Source: Cyanobacteriota bacterium
GTDB lineage: Bacteria; Cyanobacteriota; Cyanobacteriia; Thermostichales; Thermostichaceae
Reading direction: 5' to 3'
Assembly (NCBI GenBank): GCA_033764955.1
Contig: JANRIL010000047.1
Coordinates: forward strand, 1-15,731
Length of the DNA: 15,731 nucleotides
Shown here: in pieces, positions 15,597 through 15,731 of the stretch
Layout: every line of letters starts with the position of its first letter
Numbering within the stretch: the stretch's first letter is position 1
Translations under genes and position numbers: made by a program
Notes under the pieces: model-generated
Seen by the model: the letters and a program-made list of their open reading frames with translations, nothing else
What the model was told of the DNA's origin: nothing
Database searches by the model: none

Positions 15597-15731
15597 GCCT
15601 ATTCGACGATTAGCTAGTACAGTAACAGCACTTGGTAAACCAGTTTCTGAATGATGCCTTCTCTACCAAATATAGTGCGATCTCTATCAGCTTTTCTATG
15701 CTTTCCATCCCCCTAGAAGGAAACAGTCGGA

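Noticed and set aside
1..15731. CRISPR array, tRNA, rRNA, integrase or transposase genes
   Set aside because: No regularly spaced repeats, cloverleaf, rRNA-like sequence or recombinase/transposase motifs were seen.

Overview
Chromosomal window from a cyanobacterium. About 30 copies of GGGATCCC against one canonical GCGATCGC point to a hot-spring Synechococcus/Thermostichus-like lineage. The higher-GC left part (1-10.5 kb) carries gmd converging on a cruF-cruG carotenoid-glycoside operon, an M23 peptidase, petG, a panC/cmk fusion and gifB (IF17). The gifB gene has a complete visible regulatory unit: an NtcA box over the -10, a class I glutamine riboswitch with a ~104-nt P2 arm, an anti-SD and a terminator. 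Next come a DsbD_2-like/MsrQ-like membrane fusion with an exported His/Cys partner, and an SPFH-GYF protein. The right part (~10.55-15.7 kb) is visibly AT-richer. It holds a flavin oxidoreductase, a GT-C-type glycosyltransferase, a pentapeptide-repeat protein, a GNAT behind a Fur-like palindrome, and a histidine kinase that appears to have lost its sensor domain. A hairpin near the left edge resembles an orphan IS200/IS605/IS607 (tnpB) right end. All family calls come from motif recognition by eye; no searches were run.
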